In this document: one piece after another, positions 60,037-64,000 of the stretch
Layout: each line of letters starts with the position of its first letter
Position numbering within the stretch: position 1 is the first letter of the stretch
IMG/VR virus record: IMGVR_UViG_3300047476_000972
Coordinates: 13,562-77,561 of that record
Source of the DNA: a virus
Reading direction: 5' to 3' (one strand)
Length of the DNA stretch: 64,000 nucleotides
Notes under the pieces: generated by a model
Database searches by the model: none
What the model saw: the letters and a program-made list of their open reading frames with translations, nothing else
What the model was told of the DNA's origin: nothing
Made by a program: the position numbers and the translations under genes

Positions 60037-60929
60037 TGAAGGTCTACATTGCTGGTCCGATGACTGGTTACAAAGACTGGAACTTCCCTGCTTTTTTCGA
60101 AGTAGAGAAGCAATTGGAACTACTTGGGCACGAGGTGATCAACCCTGCTCACAATGATGGAGCGACTGTTCAAGCAGCGCTAGAGTCTGCAGGTAGTCCA
60201 GAAGCCCCGAACAACCCATGGCGTTGGTATATGCGTCGCGACCTCCCTCACGTGTTGGAAGTTGACGCACTTTGCGTATTGCCTGGTTGGCAGAAATCTA
60301 AAGGTGCTTCGCTTGAAGTTACTGTAGCTAAAGCAATCGGGCTTCCTATTATGGTCCTAAAAGATGGACAGCTTGTTCCGCGAGTTCAGGCCGTCGGCCT
60401 ATCGGGATGGGCTAGGTCTGGAAAAGACACCGTTGCGGATGTGCTTGTTAGCAGTGGTGGCTACATTAAGGTTTCGTTTGCCGATCCCATGCGGGAGGCG
60501 CTCCTCAAGCTGAATCCAAATATCACTTATGGAGATATGCGGAATGTCCCCCTAACAACAGCAGTACGTGGCTCCTCGACGTGGGACAACGTTAAAGAAT
60601 TTAGTCCAGATATTCGTCCTCTCATGCAACGCCTTGGTACCGAAGTCGGCCGAGAGATGTTCGGAGAGAACTTCTGGGTTGATTTGGCGATTGACCGAAT
60701 TCCAGATGGATCTAAGGTTGTCTTTGCAGATGTACGCTTCCCTAATGAGGCCAAGGCCGTAAAAGACCTAGGCGGTCAGGTTTGGCGAGTTATGCGTAAT
60801 GGCGTAGGGCCAGCCAATGATCACGTCTCCGAACATGCCTTAAATGAGTACCAAGATTTTGATCAGATTATCCTAAATAATGGGTCAATCGGGGAACTAC
60901 ATTTAATGGTAAAAAAGTTTTTAGATTAA
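60036..60929 (+). CDS. DUF4406 (nucleoside deoxyribosyltransferase-like) fused to a deoxynucleoside monophosphate kinase
   Basis: N-terminal VYIAGPMTG, NPA and LPGW..S.GA..E; C-terminal G.ARSGKDT, FADP, R.LMQ.LGTE.GR, DVRFPNE and H.SE. Confidence 0.85.
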   Translation: MKVYIAGPMTGYKDWNFPAFFEVEKQLELLGHEVINPAHNDGATVQAALESAGSPEAPNNPWRWYMRRDLPHVLEVDALCVLPGWQKSKGASLEVTVAKAIGLPIMVLKDGQLVPRVQAVGLSGWARSGKDTVADVLVSSGGYIKVSFADPMREALLKLNPNITYGDMRNVPLTTAVRGSSTWDNVKEFSPDIRPLMQRLGTEVGREMFGENFWVDLAIDRIPDGSKVVFADVRFPNEAKAVKDLGGQVWRVMRNGVGPANDHVSEHALNEYQDFDQIILNNGSIGELHLMVKKFLD

Positions 60930-60930
60930 T

Positions 60931-60959
60931 TTGACATTTTTCTAAAAGCCCTGTAGTTT
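60931..60959 (+). promoter_or_regulatory. Sigma-A promoter, leaderless
   Basis: TTGACA-N17-TAGTTT, 7 nt before ATG 60967. Confidence 0.75.
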
Positions 60960-60966
60960 TAGTGCC

Positions 60967-62166
60967 ATGAAGAAAAACATGGTAATCGCAGCTGTGACTG
61001 CTGCTGTAATTTCAGCCACCTCCGTGCTACCAGCTTCGGCTGTAGTGGCCCCTTCTTGGGGTCTAGACCGTATTGATGGCACCCTAGATGGCTCGTATAA
61101 TGCCCCTGCCCTCACTGGCGCGGGAGTTACGGCGTATATCTTAGACTCTGGTGTCAACGCGTCTGACTCTGGATTTGGTGGACGTGCCTCTGGAGACGCT
61201 GACTGCCTAGGCCATGGGACTCACGTGGCTGGTATTATCGGCAGTTCCGAGTTTGGCGTGGCTCGAGGAGTGAAGATTGTGTCAATCAAGGTCACTGATA
61301 ACTGCGGCGGTGGTGTAACTTCTAAAAACTTGGTCGCTGGAATTGACAAGATTATTTCTACGCACAAAGCAGGGACTCCTGGCGTTGTAAATATCAGCAT
61401 CACTATTGGCAAAGACAAGTTGGTTGATTCTGCCATTGATCGCCTATACAGTGCTGGACTACTTCCGGTTGTCGCGGCCTCTAACGTAGGCTCGGATGCT
61501 TGCCTTTTCAGCCCTAGCGGTGCTTCTCGTGCGTTTACTGTCGGTGGTATCAACAAGAATGACTACCGCACTAACACCTCTAGCTGGGGTAATTGCGTAG
61601 ATATCTTTGCTCCTGGCGGTCTAATTGTTTCAGAAAACCTAAATGACCCTAACGGATCTAGGACCATGACTGGAACATCTATGGCTACTCCGCACGTAAC
61701 TGGTGTAGCTGCGCTGTATCTAGAAAAGAATCCGAATGCTAAGCCCGCTGAGGTCGAGGGCGCTTTACGCTCTGGTGCATTGGCTGGTGTCGTGGTTGAT
61801 GCTAAGTCAGCTAACGGAAACTATCTTTTGAATACAGCTTTCTTGTCTGGACAGACTCCAGTAAACCCCCCTATTGTTATTGCACCTCCAACCGCTGTAG
61901 AAGTGCCTGCACGAGTATCAGGAATTGGAGCGACTCGGGCAACCAGTGGGTATGTGATTTCGTGGAAGGCTTCTGCGAACGCCGTGAATGCTGGGTCAGT
62001 GACTTACAAGGTGGAAGCAAGTTCAAATAAGAATTCTTGGGCAGTGGTTGCTCAGGTTGGTGGTACTTCGGCAGATGTTTCTGTGTGGAAGTACTACCGT
62101 GTAACAGCAGTAGGTACGCTTGGTGCAAGTGCTCCAAGCCTGATTTTGATGGTGGTAACTAAGTAA
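60967..62166 (+). CDS. Secreted subtilisin-like (S8, proteinase K type) serine protease with C-terminal FN3-like domain
   Basis: Signal peptide; WGLDRID; catalytic D (ILDSG), H (GHGTHVAG) and S (GTSMATPHV). Confidence 0.9.
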   Translation: MKKNMVIAAVTAAVISATSVLPASAVVAPSWGLDRIDGTLDGSYNAPALTGAGVTAYILDSGVNASDSGFGGRASGDADCLGHGTHVAGIIGSSEFGVARGVKIVSIKVTDNCGGGVTSKNLVAGIDKIISTHKAGTPGVVNISITIGKDKLVDSAIDRLYSAGLLPVVAASNVGSDACLFSPSGASRAFTVGGINKNDYRTNTSSWGNCVDIFAPGGLIVSENLNDPNGSRTMTGTSMATPHVTGVAALYLEKNPNAKPAEVEGALRSGALAGVVVDAKSANGNYLLNTAFLSGQTPVNPPIVIAPPTAVEVPARVSGIGATRATSGYVISWKASANAVNAGSVTYKVEASSNKNSWAVVAQVGGTSADVSVWKYYRVTAVGTLGASAPSLILMVVTK

Positions 62167-62570
62167 TGACTACATACACTTCGACTCCTCATGTTGGACG
62201 AGATCTAACCGAGGTATTTGATAAGAACCTAGAAAAGCTACTTAACCTCTCGGTGGAGGGTGATATTGCATACGTAATGAAACGCTCGGATGGTTTATGG
62301 GCAATTAAGAGTGATCCTCGTGGCGCTAGTAAGTGGTATAAACTGTCTGGCCCGAATGCAGGTGAAACTATGGATCCAGGCAAAGCTAAATTTAGGGCTA
62401 CAGTAGAACCAGAGCTAGTTATTGAGGAAGAAAAACCTGAATACAAGCTAGGCTGGTATCAGACTCCTAAAGCAGATCTGTATAAGTATGACGGAGAACA
62501 GTGGACTGATGGCAAGAAGACTGTGCTAGTATCAAATACTCTATTCAATACCTTAGAGTTCTTAGGATAA
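62166..62570 (+). CDS. Hypothetical protein
   Basis: Coupled ORF. Confidence 0.6.
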   Translation: MTTYTSTPHVGRDLTEVFDKNLEKLLNLSVEGDIAYVMKRSDGLWAIKSDPRGASKWYKLSGPNAGETMDPGKAKFRATVEPELVIEEEKPEYKLGWYQTPKADLYKYDGEQWTDGKKTVLVSNTLFNTLEFLG

Positions 62571-62573
62571 AAA

Positions 62574-62843
62574 ATGGCAGACGCAGAAAATCCAAAACTA
62601 GAAACTATCACTCTAGAAGATATGACGGAGGCTCAGGAATTGGCTGTTCGAGTTGTAATGGACACTGGCAAATATAACGAGCGTGATCGAATCCGAGAGT
62701 TTGTGTTGCACTACTCTAGCCGTGTCGAGTCAGAGCCTGGTAACTACGTTCGTGATGAAATTACTCTCAGCGTGACTGATTTCTTGCGCCTAATGTATAG
62801 CGACAAGTCTCGTCTAGAGGAGCTATCTGATGGCAAAGAATAA
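62574..62843 (+). CDS. Hypothetical protein
   Basis: SD AGGA; ER.RI motif. Confidence 0.6.
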   Translation: MADAENPKLETITLEDMTEAQELAVRVVMDTGKYNERDRIREFVLHYSSRVESEPGNYVRDEITLSVTDFLRLMYSDKSRLEELSDGKE

Positions 62844-63126
62844 GAAAGAAGAGCGCAAAATCTATCGTGATTTTACTTTAGATGAGTTCGACGAATTCAC
62901 TTTTGATAGGTTAGATGACGGGGCCAACGAAGAACGCGGTAAACTCATTGCTGAACTGGAGCGTCGTAGTCAGCAATTGATGTTTTTTTCGGAAACTGCC
63001 GAACTAGTTCCTGATCGAGATATTTTTGCTCAGCGGGCGTATGGCCTACAAATGGCGATAAAAATTATTCAAAACACCCGTAAATGTGTAGACAACGTTG
63101 GTTGTCCAGAATGTGAAGGTTTTTAA
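62830..63126 (+). CDS. Hypothetical protein
   Basis: SD GAGGAG; C-terminal C....GCPEC. Confidence 0.6.
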   Translation: MAKNKKEERKIYRDFTLDEFDEFTFDRLDDGANEERGKLIAELERRSQQLMFFSETAELVPDRDIFAQRAYGLQMAIKIIQNTRKCVDNVGCPECEGF

Positions 63127-63449
63127 TGAGTTACGCGAGAATGAATGGTGTAGATAGTGATGTCTATGTTTACGAGCACTGCGCTGGTTTTATTGAGTGC
63201 TGCGGGTGCCGACTAACTGCTCCAGAAGAGTATGAGGACGTTGGGTTTGCTCGGCTGAGCACTGCTCGCGAGGCTCTTGCTCATTTGGAGTGGCATGTAC
63301 GTGAGGGTGATAGGGTGCCTGATCGAGCCTTTGAGCGGATTAAAGAAGAGCACCCTGACTTAAACGCCGCTATTGAGCCATATGTAACTCCACCTGAAGT
63401 TAGAGAGCGTCAGCTTAAACGTATGCGGGAAATTTTTAATCAGCAATAA
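63126..63449 (+). CDS. Hypothetical protein
   Basis: MSYAR...SDVYVY...G.IECCGC and HL..H...G..VP motifs. Confidence 0.6.
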   Translation: MSYARMNGVDSDVYVYEHCAGFIECCGCRLTAPEEYEDVGFARLSTAREALAHLEWHVREGDRVPDRAFERIKEEHPDLNAAIEPYVTPPEVRERQLKRMREIFNQQ

Positions 63450-63450
63450 C

Positions 63451-63478
63451 TTGACATTTATTTAGGTACTCGTATACT
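63451..63478 (+). promoter_or_regulatory. Sigma-A promoter
   Basis: TTGACA-N16-TATACT. Confidence 0.7.
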
Positions 63479-63507
63479 TATGATTGTGTTTGGAAGGTGG
63501 GACTGGT

Positions 63508-64000
63508 ATGTCTCCTAAAAAAGTAATTGTCCCCCGTGGTCTGCCGGGCTCTGGTAAGAGCACTTGGGTAAAAGAGCAGTTGGCTACGCACCCTGCTGGC
63601 ACTGCTGTTCGTCTCAACAACGACGATCTTTCTATGATGCTCTACAACAAGATGTGGGGCAACATGTTTAACAACGCAAGTAAAGAGCTGCTACACCACT
63701 TGCGCTTGGCAATGCTTAAGACCTTCCTTGCGCAGGATTACATCACTCACATCTACGTGGATAACACCAACCTTGCACGTGCAACGGTCAAGGCTCTGCA
63801 GGATGTCACTTTGTTGGCTGGTGCTGAGTTTATTGTTGTAGACGAGTTTTTGAACGTCCCTATCGAAGAGTGCATTGAGCGTGACTCAAAGCGTGATCGA
63901 GTCGTTGGCGCGGATGTTATCCGTAAAATGGCTGGCCAGCTTAAGGGCATCAAACCTTGGGCTGTCCCGGAGACTCCTGCAATTGAGAAGTATCCTAACG
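63508..64000 (+). CDS. Polynucleotide kinase-like P-loop protein (truncated by the window end)
   Basis: MSPKKVIVPRGLPGSGKSTW, VDNTN and C..RD..R...VG..VI..M motifs; missing from the ORF track because there is no stop codon. Confidence 0.8.
   Translation, partial: MSPKKVIVPRGLPGSGKSTWVKEQLATHPAGTAVRLNNDDLSMMLYNKMWGNMFNNASKELLHHLRLAMLKTFLAQDYITHIYVDNTNLARATVKALQDVTLLAGAEFIVVDEFLNVPIEECIERDSKRDRVVGADVIRKMAGQLKGIKPWAVPETPAIEKYPN

Overview
64 kb internal segment of a large, apparently lytic, long-tailed (siphovirus-type) actinobacteriophage. The host is probably a moderate-GC freshwater Microbacteriaceae-like organism, inferred from two WhiB genes, DUF3039, class Ib nrdHIEF, ThyX, a tmRNA tag ending FALAA, many leaderless genes and frequent CTA Leu codons. 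Layout: (1) 1-14.3 kb (+) tail morphogenesis: major tail protein, adaptor, frameshifted tail assembly chaperone, tape measure, Dit, hub and an S74-chaperoned fibre. (2) 14.3-24 kb (+) replication and recombination: PolA, RuvC-like, SNF2 helicase, Cas4-like, AAA, SSB, a putative DNA glycosyltransferase, a UV glycosylase and WhiB. (3) 24-31.6 kb: two GT2-TPR glycosyltransferases, a phosphoesterase, a primase-helicase and another GT. (4) 31.6-50.7 kb (-): a 19 kb accessory-fibre island with two parallel fibre modules. Module A ends in an FN3 protein with a 63-aa (P/PP)-aromatic-F repeat tail, followed directly by seven 2OG-Fe(II) hydroxylases and two DUF6065-like genes. Module B is made of Thr-rich collagens and a beta-propeller tip. 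(5) 50.8-64 kb: nucleotide metabolism and auxiliary genes (NrdR-like boxes, structured nrdH leader, nrdHIEF, a Cys-rich micropeptide, tmRNA, GPx, dUTPase, ThyX, dNMP-kinase fusion, subtilisin, PNK). The best candidate for a new system is a phage-encoded post-translational hydroxylation/glycosylation pathway acting on virion fibre proteins. All assignments come from reading motifs by eye; no database searches were run.
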